Assembly (NCBI RefSeq): GCF_006345805.1
Contig: NC_042997.1
Coordinates: 195,424,001 to 195,488,000 of the forward strand
Length of the DNA: 64,000 nt
Direction: 5' to 3'
Source: Octopus sinensis
Lineage: Eukaryota
Shown here: one piece after another, positions 37,741 through 51,928 of the stretch
Numbering within the stretch: the first letter of the stretch is position 1
How the letters are laid out: each line of letters begins with the position of its first letter
The notes under the pieces: generated by a model
Told to the model about the DNA's origin: nothing
Database searches by the model: none
Seen by the model: the letters and a program-made list of their open reading frames with translations, nothing else
Translations under genes and position numbers: made by a program

Positions 37741-39169
37741 TTTTTCTAGGGTAACAAGTTCCGACAAGGTCGACTTTGCCTTTCATGTTTTTGTGGTGGA
37801 AAATAATAAGTACCAGTTGATCCCTGGGGTCGATGTAACTGACTTAGCCCCTTCCCCATACCTGCTGCCCTTGCCCCAAAATTTGAAACCAATATTTTAC
37901 TTGGTGAATTAGCAGAATCGTTAGCACGCCGAGCAAAGTGCTTCGCAACATTTCGCCCTTCTTTCCATTTCGAGTTCAAATTTCACGGAGGACTATTTTA
38001 CTTTTTATTCTTTTGGGGTCAATAAAATAAGTAGTATTTGAGCACTGAAGATGATATAATCGACTTACTCCCTCCCAGAAAAATTTCAGGCCTTGTGCTA
38101 AAGTAGAAAGGATTAATTTATTGCTTATTACAAATCCATAAAAACCGCCCAGAAGAACATGCAGAAATAAATCTATAGTTTAATACGGATTAGCACATCC
38201 GTTTCCTTTCTTGAAAAAAAAGCCCCATTCCTTTGAGCAAACTATCGGATTATTATTTTCTTGCATCAAGCAATATCGTTGTTGTCTCATTCGCATTTCA
38301 GAGATTCCCAAGATTCATTAGAGACAGTAGATTTTCTTGTAACAAGATCATGCCAAGTGCACGTCATGATATTCTCTACAGGATTAAAACTGAGCTCTGA
38401 CATGTCCACAACCCGGTATTCAAGGAATTTTCAAAGATCTACTTTTCAGTTGCTTCTGCAGTGTGGAGAAGTGTTGCTTTGTTGAAAAATTACTTTGATT
38501 TTAGCTAATTAGAAAATCTGTATAAAAAGATGAAAGCAGTAACTATACTGAGAAGCAACGTTTAATGCCACTTTAACATGGCTGTTCCGTAGAAAGCGAC
38601 GTTACCGTTATTTGAAGCCGATGGGAACTCCTCTTGCAGCTGGTTATTTGATGCAATCTGCATCCGATATATATTGCAAGCAAGTAAGTGAATTCTACCA
38701 TGATCCAGCCACGAGATCACCAGACTACGGTACGACCTCTATGCGGTCATACTCTGTGATGGACTTAGTTCCTTCCTTGAAGTTGCTGGCATTGTGTCAA
38801 AATTTGAAAATAATATTTATGTTTACATTACGTTTCCATCAATTACAACGCCATTCCCTTTTCATCGTTTCCATAAACTCGTCAGAGATGTCAAATTTCT
38901 TGTAACAAGATCATACCCAATGCATGCGAAAATATTCTCTACGTGATTCAAACGTGAGCACTGATTTGTCCAGAAAACGATATTCACTGAGTTTTTCACG
39001 AATTATTTTCAGGATGTTTTTACAGTGTGAGAAGGAGAACAGCTTCGCTGAAAAAAATTTTGTGTTTTGTAGGCGAAATTGATCTAATCACTCTGGGATA
39101 TAATCATATTCTACTGCCAGTATTCTAGATAGAGATAATTGGAAATCCGAACCAGCAGCTGGTCTCTCG

Positions 39170-39241
39170 GCCGTGATCGTCTAGTGGTTAGGACCCCACG
39201 TTGTGGCCGTGGTAACCCAGGTTCGAATCCTGGTCACGGCA
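39170..39241 (+). tRNA. tRNA-His(GUG), consensus
   Basis: Identical to the consensus. Confidence 0.97.
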
Positions 39242-41196
39242 GTATCAGCTAGTTTACTTTTTCATACATATTTTTCTCTTTTTATTGATTTTCTTAATAG
39301 AGTACGATGTGATATGGCAGCGACATCTGTTTAATCTATTTGTATTACTTTTTTATATATAATTTTAGATTTGGGAGTTTCACTAGTCTCGAGCATCACT
39401 CTGCTTTTGCATTGTGGGACGGAATATTTCTTTGTTGATAAATTACCTTGTTTTCGTTTCCTATAGAAAATCGTTTCTTCACGCTGAGAATTAAGCGTAT
39501 CTCTAGCAATGTTAGGTATTCTGATGCAGTAATTGACTGTTCACAAACAAACTAACGACTGAAGAGGAAAATGCATCCCGTACTGGGATTCCACCTCGTC
39601 TATAATTCATAGCTGTTGAAATGCACTCTGTGAGGGATCCCTTATCAGTTCTGTGAAAGCAACGTTCTGTGGTACCATTACAAAAGTTCAAATTCTGATT
39701 CATCCATTCCAAAGGACTTTCGGAAACCAGTCTGAATCATCGTTGCCACTCTTGTTCAAAAAAGTGCAGCCGGTGCTTAATATTTTTCAAGGGTAACAAG
39801 TTCCGACAAGGTCGACTTTGCCTTTCATGTTTTTGTGGTGGAAAATAATAAGTACCAGTTGATGCCTGGGGTCGATGTAACTGACTTAGCCCCTTCTTCG
39901 AACCTGCTGCCCCTGCGCCAAAATTTGAAACCAATATTTTACTTGGTGAATTAGCAGAATCGTTAGCACGTGGAGCAAAGTGCTTCGCAACATTTCGCCC
40001 TTCTTTCCATTTCGAGTTCAAATTTCGCGGAGGATTATTTTACTTTTTATTCTTTTGGGGTCAATAAAATAAGTAGTATTTGAGCACTGGAGATGATATA
40101 ATCGACTTACTCACTCCCAGAAAAATTTCAGGCCTTGTGCCAAAAGTAGAAAGATTAATTTATAGCTTATTACAAATCCATAAAAAACACCCACAAGAAC
40201 ATGCAGAAATAAATCTATAGTTTAATACGGATTAGCACATCCGTTTCCTTTCTTGAAAAAAAAAAAATTCCTTTGAACAAACTATCGGATTATTATTTTC
40301 TTGCATCAAGAAATATCGCTGTTGTCCCATTCGGGTTTCAGAGTTTCCCAATATTTATTAGACAGTAAATTTTCTTGTGAGAAGAACATGCCCAGAGCAT
40401 GTCATAATATTCTATACGGGATTAAAACTGAGCTCTGACGATATTCAAGGAATTTTCAAAGATCTACTTTTCAGTTGCCTCTGCAGCGTGGAGAAGTGTT
40501 GCTGTGTTGAAAAATTACTTTGATTTTAGTTATTAGAAAATCTCTATAAAAGATGAAATCAGTAACTGTACTGGGGAACAATGCTTTATGCCACTTTAAC
40601 ATGGCTGTTTCGTAGAAAGCGATGTAAACGTTATTTGAAGCCGATGAGAACTCCTTCTGCAGCTGGTTATTCGATGCAATCTGCATCCGATATATATTGC
40701 AAGCAAGGGAGTGAACCCCTACCATGATAAAACCATGAGATCACCAGACGGCACGGTTACGTTATATGCGGTCATACTCTGTGATGGACTTAGTTCCTTC
40801 TTTGAAGTTGCTGGCATTGTGCCAACATTTGAACCCAATATTTATGTTTACATTACGTTTCCATCAATTACAATGCCATTCGCTTTTCATAGTTTCCCAA
40901 ATTGCATCAGAGATGTCAAGTTTCTTGTAACAAGATCGTACCCAATGCATGCGAAAATATTCTCTATGTGATTCATACTTGAGCACTGACTTGTCCAGAA
41001 AACGATATTCACTGAGTTTTTCACGAACTATTTACAAGATGTATTTACAGTGTGAGCAGGAGAACAGCTTCGTTGAAAAAATTATTTTGTGTTTTGTCCA
41101 CGAAATTGATTTGTCCACCCTGGGAAATAATCGTGTTCTACCGCCAGTATTCTAGATAGAGATAATTGGATAGCTAAACGAGCAGCTGGTCTGTCA

Positions 41197-41268
41197 GCCG
41201 TGATCGTCTAGTGGTTAGGACCCCACCTTGTGGCCGTGGTAACCCAGGTTCAAATCCTGGTCACGGCA
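41197..41268 (+). tRNA. tRNA-His(GUG) variant with anticodon-stem mismatch
   Basis: CCACC instead of CCACG (C:C at the loop-closing pair); T-loop TTCAAAT. Confidence 0.7.
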
Positions 41269-43201
41269 GTATCAGCTACTTTACTTTACTTTTTATGTAT
41301 ATTTTTCTCTTAACAGAGTACGACGTGATATGGCATCTGTTTAAGGGATTTGTATTACTGTTAAATATAATTTTAGATTTAGGAGCTTTGCTAGTCGTGA
41401 GTTACTTTTGCATTGTGGGACGGAATATTTCTTTGTTGATAAATTACTTTGTTTTTGTTTCCTGTAGAAAATGGTTTCTTCAAGCTGGGAATTAAGCGTA
41501 TCTCTAACAATGTTAGGTATTCCAATGCAGTAATTGACTGTTCACACCCTTAAAACAAACAACTAACGGCTGCAGAGGAAAATGCATCCCATACTGGGAT
41601 TCCTCCTCGTCTATAATTCATAGGTATTGAAATCCACTCAGTAAGGGATCCGTTATCAGTTCTGTGAAAGCAACGTTCTGTGGTACCATTACAAAAGTTC
41701 AAATTCTGATTCATCCATTCCAAAGGACTTTCGGAAACCAGTCTGAATCATCGTTGCCACTCTTGTTCAAAAAAGTGCAACCGGTGCTTAATATTTTTCT
41801 AGGGTAACAAGTTCCGACGAGGTCGACTTTGCCTTTTATGTTTTTGTGGTGGAAAATAATAAGTACCAGTTGATCCCTAGGGTCGATGTAATTGACTTAG
41901 CCCCTTCCCCAAACCTTCTGCCATTGGGCCAAAATTTGAAACCGATATTTTACTTGGTGAATTAGCAGAATCGTTAGCACGCAGAGGAAAGTACTTCGCA
42001 ACATTTCGCCCTTCTTTCCATTTTGAGTTCAAATTTCGCTGAGGACCATTTTACTTTTAATCCTTTTGGGGTCAATAAAATAAGTAGCATTTGAACACTG
42101 GAAATGATATAATCGACTTATTTCCACTCAGAAAAAATTCGGGCCTTGTGTCAAAGTAGAAAGGATTAACTTATTGCTTATTACAAATCCATAGAAACAC
42201 CGACAAGAAAATGCAGAAATATATCTATAGATTAACAAGGAATAACATATCCGTTTCCTTTCTTGAAAAAAAAAAAAATCCCATTCCTGTGAACAAACTA
42301 TCGGACTATTATTTTCTTGCATCAAGAAATATCGCTGTTGTCCCATTCGCGTTTCAGAGTTTCCCAATATTTATTAGAGACAGTAAATTTTCTTGTGAGA
42401 AGATCATGCCCAGAGCTTGTCTTAGTATTGTACACGGGATTAAAAACTGAGCTCTGACGATATTCAAGGAATTTTCAAAGATCTACTTTTCAGTTGCTTC
42501 TGCTGCTGTGTTGAAAAATTACTATGATTTTAGCTAATTAGAAAATCTCTATAAAAGATGAAATCAGTAACTATACTGGGGAGCAACGTTTAATGCCAGT
42601 GTAACATGGCTGTTCCGTAGAAAGCGACGTTACCGTTATTTGAAGCCGATGGGAACTCCTCCTGCAGCTGGTTATTCGATGCAATCTGCATCCGATATAT
42701 ATTGCAAGCAAGGGAGTGAACTCCTACCATGATAAAACCATGAGATCACCAGACGGCACGGTTACGTCCTATATGCGGTCATACTCTGTGATGGACTTAG
42801 TTCCTTCCTTGAAGTTGCTGGCACTGTGCCAACATTTGAAAATAATATTTATGTTTACATTATGTTTCCATCAATTACAATGCCATTCGCTTTTCATAGT
42901 TTCCCAAAATTCATCAGAGATGTCAAATTTCTTGTAACAAGATCGTAGCAAATGCATGCGAAAATATTCTCTACGTGATTCAAACGTGAGCACTGACTTG
43001 TCCAGAAAACGATATTCACTGAGTTTTTTACGAATTATGTTCAGGATGTTTTTACAGTGTGAGCAGGAGAACAGCTTCGTCGAAAAAATTATTTTGTTTT
43101 GTCAGAGAAATTGATCTAATCACTCTGGGAAATAATCATATTCTAATGCCAGTATTCTAGATAGAGATAATTGGAAAGCCGAGCCAGCAGCTGGTCTCTC
43201 G

Positions 43202-43273
43202 GCTGTGATCGTCTAGAGGTTAGGACCCCACGTTGTGGCCGTGGTAACCCAGGTTCGAATCCTGGTCACGGCA
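43202..43273 (+). tRNA. tRNA-His(GUG) variant
   Basis: C3>T (wobble pair) and D-loop TAGAGG; stems pair. Confidence 0.85.
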
Positions 43274-45249
43274 GTATCAGCTTCTTTACTTTTTCATACA
43301 TATTTTCCCCTTCGTATTGATTTTGTTAATAGAGTACGATGTGATATGGCAGCGACATCTGTTTAATCGATTTGTATTACTTTTTTATATATAATTTTAG
43401 ATTTGGAAGTTTCACCTAGTCTCGAGCATCACTGCTTTTGCATTGTGGGACGGAATATTTCTTTGTTGATAAATTACCTTGTTTTCGTTTCCTGTAGAAA
43501 ATTGTTTCTTCACGCTTGGAATTAAACGTATCTCTAAAAATGTTAGGTATTCTGATGCAGTAATTGACTGTTCACGCCCTTTAAACAAACTAACAGCTGC
43601 AGAGGAAAATGCATCCCATACTAGGATTACACCACGTCTATAATTCATAGCTGTTGAAATCCACTCAGTGAGGGATCTCTTATCAGTTCTGCGAAAGCAA
43701 CGTTCTGTGGTACTATTACAAATGTTCGAATTCTGATTCATCCATTCCAAAGGACTTTCGGAAACCAGTCTGAATCATCGTTGCCACTCTTGTTAAAAAA
43801 AATGCAACTGGTGCTTAATATTTTTCTAGGGTAGCAAGTTCCGACAAGGTCGACTTTGCCTTTCATGTTTTTGTGGTGGAAAATAATAAGTACCAGTTGA
43901 TCCCTGGGGTCGATGTAACTGACTTAGCCCCTTCCCCATACCTGCTGCCCTTGCCCCAAAATTTGAAACCAATATTTTACTTGGTGAATTAGCAGAATCG
44001 TTAGCACGCCGAGCAAAGTGCTTCGCAACATTTCGCCCTTCTTCCATTTCGAGTTCAAATTTCACGGAGGACTATTTTACTTTTTATTCTTTTGGGGTCA
44101 ATAAAATAAGTAGTATTTGAGCACTGAAGATGATATAATCGACTTACTCCCTCCCAGAAAAATTTCAGGCCTTGTGCTAAAGTAGAAAGGATTAATTTAT
44201 TGCTTATTACAAATCCATAAAAACCGCCCAGAAGAACATGCAGAAATAAATCTATAGTTTAATACGGATTAGCACATCCGTTTCCTTTCTTGAAAAAAAA
44301 GCCCCATTCCTTTGAGCAAACTATCGGATTATTATTTTCTTGCATCAAGCAATATCGTTGTTGTCCCATTCGCATTTCAGAGATTCCCAAGATTCATTAG
44401 AGACAGTAAATTTTCTTGTAACAAGATCATGCCAAGTGCACGTCATGATATTCTCTACAGGATTAAAACTGAGCTCTGACATGTCCACAACCCGGTATTC
44501 AAGGAATTTTCAAAGATCTACTTTTCAGTTGCTTCTGCAGTGTGGACAAGTGTTGCTTTGTTGAAAAATTACTTTGATTTTAGCTAATTAGAAAATCTGT
44601 ATAAAAAGATGAAAGCAGTAACTATACTGAGAAGCAACGTTTAATGCCACTTTAACATGGCTGTTCCGTAGAAAGCGACGTTACCGTTATTTGAAGCCGA
44701 TGGGAACTCCTCCTGCAGCTGGTTATTTGATGCAATCTGCATCCGATATATATTGCAAGCAAGTAAGTGAATTCTACCATGATCCAGCCACGAGATCACC
44801 AGACTACGGTTACGACCTCTATGCGGTCATACTCTGTGATGGACTTAGTTCCTTCCTTGAAGTTGCTGGCATTGTGTCAAAATTTGAAAATAATATTTAT
44901 GTTTACATTACGTTTCCATCAATTACAACGCCATTCCCTTTTCATCGTTTCCATAAACTCGTCAGAGATGTCAAATTTCTTGTAACAAGATCATACCCAA
45001 TGCATGCGAAAATATTCTCTACGTGATTCAAACGTGAGCACTGATTTGTCCAGAAAACGATATTCACTGAGTTTTTCACGAATTATTTTCAGGATGTTTT
45101 TACAGTGTGAGAAGGAGAACAGCTTCGCTGAAAAAAATTTTGTGTTTTGTAGGCGAAATTGATCTAATCACTCTGGGATATAATCATATTCTACTGCCAG
45201 TATTCTAGATAGAGATAATTGGAAATCCGAACCAGCAGCTGGTCTCTCG

Positions 45250-45321
45250 GCCGTGATCGTCTAGTGGTTAGGACCCCACGTTGTGGCCGTGGTAACCCAG
45301 GTTCGAATCCTGGTCACGGCA
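45250..45321 (+). tRNA. tRNA-His(GUG), consensus
   Basis: Identical to the consensus. Confidence 0.97.
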
Positions 45322-47272
45322 GTATCAGCTAGTTTACTTTTTCATACATATTTTTCTCTTTTTATTGATTTTCTTAATAGAGTACGATGTGATATGGCAG
45401 CGACATCTGTTTAATCTATTTGTATTACTTTTTTATATATAATTTTAGATTTGGAATTTTCACTAGAATCGAGCATCACTCTGCTTTTGCATTGTCGGAC
45501 GGAATATTTCTTTGTTGATAAATTACCTTGTTTTCGTTTCCTATAGAAAATCGTTTCTTCACGCTGAGAATTAAGCGTATCTCTAGCAATGTTAGGTATT
45601 CTGATGCAGTAATTGACTGTTCACAAACAAACTAACGACTGAAGAGAAAATGCATCCCGTACTGGGATTCCACCTCGTCTATAATTCATAGCTGTTGAAA
45701 TGCACTCTGTGAGGGATCCCTTATCAGTTCTGTGAAAGCAACGTTCTGTGGTACCATTACAAAAGTTCAAATTCTGATTCATCCATTCCAAAGGACTTTC
45801 GGAAACCAGTCTGAATCATCGTTGCCACTCTTGTTCAAAAAAGTGCAGCCGGTGCTTAATATTTTTCTAGGGTAACAAGTTCCGACAAGGTCGACTTTGC
45901 CTTTCATGTTTTTGTGGTGGAAAATAATAAGTACCAGTTGATGCCTGGGGTCGATGTAACTGACTTAGCTCCTTCTTCGAACCTGCTGCCCCTGCGCCAA
46001 AATTTGAAACCAATATTTTACTTGGTGAATTAGCAGAATCGTTAGCACGTGGAGCAAAGTGCTTCGCAACATTTCGCCCTTCTTTCCATTTCGAGTTCAA
46101 ATTTCGCGGAGGATTATTTTACTTTTTATTCTTTTGGGGTCAATAAAATAAGTAGTATTTGAGCACTGGAGATGATATAATCGACTTACTCACTCCCAGA
46201 AAAATTTCAGGCCTTGTGCCAAAAGTAGAAAGATTAATTTATAGCTTATTACAAATCCATAAAAAACACCCACAAGAACATGCAGAAATAAATCTATAGT
46301 TTAATACGGATTAGCACATCCGTTTCCTTTCTTGAAAAAAAAAAAATTCCTTTGAACAAACTATCGGATTATTATTTTCTTGCATCAAGAAATATCGCTG
46401 TTGTCCCATTCGGGTTCAGAGTTTCCCATATTTATTAGACAGTAAATTTTCTTGTGAGAAGAACATGCCCAGAGCATGTCATAATATTCTATACGGGATT
46501 AAAACTGAGCTCTGACGATATTCAAGGAATTTTCAAAGATCTACTTTTCAGTTGCCTCTGCAGCGTGGAGAAGTGTTGCTGTGTTGAAAAATTACTTTGA
46601 TTTTAGTTATTAGAAAATCTCTATAAAAGATGAAATCAGTAACTGTACTGGGGAACAATGCTTTATGCCACTTTAACATGGCTGTTTCGTAGAAAGCGAT
46701 GTAAACGTTATTTGGAGCCGATGAGAACTCCTTCTGCAGCTGGTTATTCGATGCAATCTGCATCCGATATATATTGCAAGCAAGGGAGTGAACCCCTACC
46801 ATGATAAAACCATAAGATCACCAGACGTCACGGTTACGTTATATGCGGTCATACTCTGTGATGGACTTAGTTCCTTCTTTGAAGTTGCTGGCATTGTGCC
46901 AACATTTGAACCCAATATTTATGTTTACATTACGTTTCCATCAATTACAATGCCATTCGCTTTTCATAGTTTCCCAAATTGCATCAGAGATGTCAAGTTT
47001 CTTGTAACAAGATTGTACCCAATGCATGCGAAAATATTCTCTATGTGATTCATACTTGAGCACTGACTTGTCCAGAAAACGATATTCACTGAGTTTTTCA
47101 CGAACTATTTACAAGATGTATTACAGTGTGAGCAGGAGAACAGCTTCGTTGAAAAAATTATTTTGTGTTTTGTCCACGAAATTGATTTGTCCACCCTGGG
47201 AAATAATCGTGTTCTACCGCCAGTATTCTAGATAGAGATAATTGGATAGCTAAACGAGCAGCTGGTCTGTCA

Positions 47273-47344
47273 GCCGTGATCGTCTAGTGGTTAGGACCCC
47301 ACGTTGTGGCCGTGGTAACCCAGGTTCAAATCCTGGTCACGGCA
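47273..47344 (+). tRNA. tRNA-His(GUG) variant
   Basis: Only change is T-loop TTCAAAT; B box remains compatible. Confidence 0.9.
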
Positions 47345-49280
47345 GTATCAGCTACTTTACTTTACTTTTATGTATATTTTTCTCTTAACAGAGTACGACG
47401 TGATATGGCATCTGTTTAAGGGATTTGTATTACTGTTAAATATAATTTTAGATTTAGGAGCTTTACTAGTCGTGAGTTACTTTTGCATTGTGGGACGGAA
47501 TATTTCTTTGTTGATAAATTACTTTGTTTTTGTTTCCTGTAGAAAATGGTTTCTTCAAGCTGGGAATTAAGCGTATCTCTAACAATGTTAGGTATTCCAA
47601 TGCAGTAATTGACTGTTCACACCCTTAAAACAAACAACTAACGGCTGCAGAGGAAAATGCATCCCATACTGGGATTCCTCCTCGTCTATAATTCATAGGT
47701 ATTGAAATCCACTTAGTAAGGGATCCGTTATCAGTTCTGTGAAAGCAACGTTCTGTGGTACCATTACAAAAGTTCAAATTCTGATTCATCCATTCCAAAG
47801 GACTTTCGGAAACCAGTCTCTGAATCATCGTTGCCACTCTTGTTCAAAAAAGTGCAACCGGTGCTTAATATTTTTCTAGGGTAACAAGTTCCGACGAGGT
47901 CGACTTTGCCTTTTATGTTTTTGTGGTGGAAAATAATAAGTACCAGTTGATCCCTAGGGTCGATGTAATTGACTTAGCCCCTTCCCCAAACCTTCTGCCA
48001 TTGGGCCAAAATTTGAAACCGATATTTTACTTGGTGAATTAGCAGAATCGTTAGCACGCAGAGGAAAGTACTTCGCAACATTTCGCCCTTCTTTCCATTT
48101 TGAGTTCAAATTTCGCTGAGGACCATTTTACTTTTAATCCTTTTGGGGTCAATAAAATAAGTAGCATTTGAACACTGGAAATGATATAATCGACTTATTT
48201 CCACTCAGAAAATATTCGGGCCTTGTGTCAAAGTAGAAAGGATTAACTTATTGCTTATTACAAATCCATAAAAACACCGACAAGAAAATGCAGAAATATA
48301 TCTATAGATTAACAAGGAATAACATATCCGTTTCCTTTCTTGAAAAGAAAAAAAATCCCATTCCTGTGAACAAACTATCGGACTATTATTTTCTTGCATC
48401 AAGAAATATCGCTGTTGTCCCATTCGCGTTTCAGAGTTTCCCAATATTTATTAGAGACAGTAAATTTTCTTGTGAGAAGATCATGCCCAGAGCTTGTCTT
48501 AGTATTGTACACGGGATTAAAAACTGAGCTCTGACGATATTCAAGGAATTTTCAAAGATCTACTTTTCAGTTGCTTCTGCTGCTGTGTTGAAAAATTACT
48601 ATGATTTTAGCTAATTAGAAAATCTCCATAAAAGATGAAATCAGTAACTATACTGGGGAGCAACGTTTAATGCCAGTGTAACATGGCTGTTCCGTAGAAA
48701 GCGACATTACCGTTATTTGAAGCCGATGGGAACTCCTCCTGCAGCTGGTTATTCGATGCAATCTGCATCCGATATATATTGCAAGCAAGGGAGTGAACTC
48801 CTACCATGATAAAACCATGAGATCACCAGACGGCACGGTTACGTCCTATATGCGGTCATACTCTGTGATGGACTTAGTTCCTTCCTTGAAGTTGCTGGCA
48901 CTGTGCCAACATTTGAAAATAATATTTATGTTTACGTTATGTTTCCATCAATTACAATGCCATTCGCTTTTCATAGTTTCCCAAAATTCATCAGAGATGT
49001 CAAATTTCTTGTAACAAGATCGTAGCAAATGCATGCGAAAATATTCTCTACGTGATTCAAACGTGAGCACTGACTTGTCCAGAAAACGATATTCACTGAG
49101 TTTTTTACGAATTATGTTCAGGATGTTTTTACAGTGTGAGCAGGAGAACAGCTTCGTCGAAAAAATTATTTTATGTTTTGTCAGAGAAATTGATCTAATC
49201 ACTCTGGGAAATAATCATATTCTAATGCCAGTATTCTAGATAGAGATAATTGGAAAGCCAAGCCAGCAGCTGGTCTCTCG

Positions 49281-49352
49281 GCTGTGATCGTCTAGAGGTT
49301 AGGACCCAACGTTGTGGCCGTGGTAACCCAGGTTCGAATCCTGGTCATGGCA
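49281..49352 (+). tRNA. tRNA-His(GUG) variant, possibly impaired
   Basis: Two wobbles in the acceptor stem (GCTGTGA/TCATGGC), anticodon stem CAACG mismatch, D-loop TAGAGG. Confidence 0.6.
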
Positions 49353-51062
49353 GTATCAGCTAGTTTACTTTTTCATACATATTTTTCTCTTTTTATTGAT
49401 TTTCTTTATAGAGTACGATGTGATATGGCAGCGACATCTGTTTAATCTATTTGTATTACTTTTTATATATAATTTTAGATTTAGAAGTTTCACTAGTCTC
49501 GAGCATTGCTCTGCTTTTGCATTGTGGGACGGAATAGTGCTTTGTTGATAAATTACCTTGTTTTCGTTTCCTATAGAAAATTGTTTCTCCACACACTGGG
49601 AAGTAAACGTATCTCTAACAATGTTAGGTATTCCTATGCAGTAATTCACTGTTCACGCCCAGTAAACAAACTAACGGCTGAAAAGGAAAATGCATCCCAT
49701 ACTGGGATTCCACCTCGTCTATAATTCATAGGTATTGAAATCCACTCAGTGAGGTATCTCTTATCAGTTCTGTGAAAGCAACGTTCTGTGTCACCATTAC
49801 AAAAGTTCGAATTCATCCATTCCAGATGACTTTCTGAAATCAGTCTGAACCATCGTTACCACATTTGTCCACAAAAGTGCAACTGGTGCTTAATATTTTT
49901 CTATGGTAACAAGATCCGCCGTCGTCGACTTTGCATTTTATGTTTTTGGGGTGGAAAAAAATAAGTATCAGTCGATCACTGGAGTCGATATAATCGAGTT
50001 AGTCCCTTCCCCGAACCTTCTACGTTTGTGTCAAAATTTGAAACCAATATTATTCTTGGTGAAATGGCAAAATCGTTAGCTCAACAGGCAAAATTTTTGT
50101 ATTACATTTTTTATATATAATTTTATGTTTCAAAGTTTTCTTGATGTTTGTCTTTGCGATCTGACAGAATGGTTAGCACCGCGAGCAAAAAGTATTTAGC
50201 GTCATTTCGTCAGTGTTTCACGCACGGAGTTCAAATTCCGTTATTTTCGGGGTAGATAAAATAAGTAGCAGTTGAACAGTGGGGTCAATGTAAACGACAT
50301 ACTTCTTTCCCCGTGGGATACTCTATCCCAGAAAAATTTCAGGCCTTGTGGCAGCGATATCTGTTTAAGTTATTTGTATTACTTTTATATATAATTTTAG
50401 ATTTCAATGTTCTGCTCGCGAGCATCACTCTGCTTTTGCGTGTGCCTGCTGTTGAAATTAAAGGGACGTCATCCCAAAGGAACGTCATCCCAAAGGAACA
50501 GTCATGTTTTGGTGGCTATAAAGGCTACTTTGATTTTCTTGTCTCCAGGAAGTTGTGTTTTGATGCTCGGAAGTAATTTTATTCCAACCGGTGCTTAATA
50601 TCAATGTTGGGAACTAGAAGAATCGATAGTACCCGCGGCAAAATGGTCGGCAGCATTTCGCCTGTCTTGCCATTTTGAGTTCAAATTTCGCCGAGCACTA
50701 TTTTACTTTTCATCCTTTTGGGGTCAATAAAATAATTACCAGTTGCGCAATGGCATTGATATAATCGACGTACTCCATCCTAGAAAAATTTCAGGCCTTG
50801 TGCCTAACATAGAAAGGATTATCCTATTAAATATTACAAATCCACGAAAAAACCCCACCAAGAACATGCAGAAATAAATCTATACATTAATATGGAATAA
50901 CATCTCACTTTGATTTACTTTTGTCCAGGAGACTGCTATTTCAATGCTCGTAGGCAATCGCATTCCCCTTGTGGGTAATAAAGAAATCGTAGGCAATCGC
51001 ATTCTATCACCAATATTCTAGATATACATAACTTAAAAGATTGAGCTGCAGGTGGTCTGGTT

Positions 51063-51134
51063 ACCGTGATCGCCTGGTGGTTAGGGCGCTGCGTTCTGGC
51101 TGTGATAACCCAGGTTCGAATTCAGAGCAGCAGC
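51063..51134 (+). pseudogene. tRNA-His-derived pseudogene with CTG anticodon
   Basis: accgtgatcgcctggtggttagggcgctgcgTTCTGGCtgtgataacccaggttcgaattcagagc; acceptor 3' side lost. Confidence 0.75.
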
Positions 51135-51856
51135 GTTAATTATTGTTCTTCGTATATTTTAATTTTTATTTCGTATTTTATTGATGTACTTGATATACTG
51201 CAGTGCGATATCGCATCTATATCTCTTTATGTTGTCTGTATCACTTTTATATATAATTTTATATTTCAAAGTTTTCTAGTGATTGTCGTTGCGAGCTGGC
51301 AGAATTGTTCGCAATCCCAGCAAAATGCTTAGCGGCATTTCGTAGGTCTTTCGCAAATTGCGTTCAAATTCTGCCGAGGTCGACTTTCTTTTTTCCTACT
51401 TTGGGTATCGATAAAATACGTACCAGTTAAGCAGTGGGGTCAATGCAATCGACTTACATCCTTCCCCGAAACTGCTGGCATCGTGCCAACATTTGAACAC
51501 AATTTTTATATCTACATTACGTTTTCATCAATTACAACGCCATTCGCTTTTCATAGTTTCCGAAAACTCATCAGAAATGGCAAGTTCCTTGTAACAAGAT
51601 CGTAGCAGATGCATACGAAAATATTCTCTGCGTGATTCAAACTTGAGCTCTGAGCCTTCCAGATCACGATATTCACTGAGTTTTTCACGACCATTTTCAA
51701 GATGTTTTTACAGTGTGAGCAGAAGAGTTTCGTTGAAAAAATTATTTTGTGTTTTGTTCGCGAAATTGATTTGTTCACCCTGGAAAATAATCGTGTTCTA
51801 CTGCCAGTATTCTAGATAGAGATAATTGGAAAGCAGAACGAGCAGCTGGTCTGTCA

Positions 51857-51928
51857 GCCGTGATCGTCTAGTGGTTAGGACCCCACGTTGTGGCCGTGGT
51901 AACCCAGGTTCGAATCCTGGTCACGGCA
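51857..51928 (+). tRNA. tRNA-His(GUG), consensus
   Basis: Identical to the consensus. Confidence 0.97.

Larger units (their letters stand above)
37200..49352 (+). repeat. Two copies of a ~6.08-kb higher-order repeat, each of three ~2.03-kb monomers
   Basis: tRNA starts at 37123, 39170, 41197, 43202, 45250, 47273 and 49281; three-step distances are 6079, 6080, 6076 and 6079. ORF-track peptides pair up (37746/43826, 40471/46548, 42211/48288). Confidence 0.92.
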
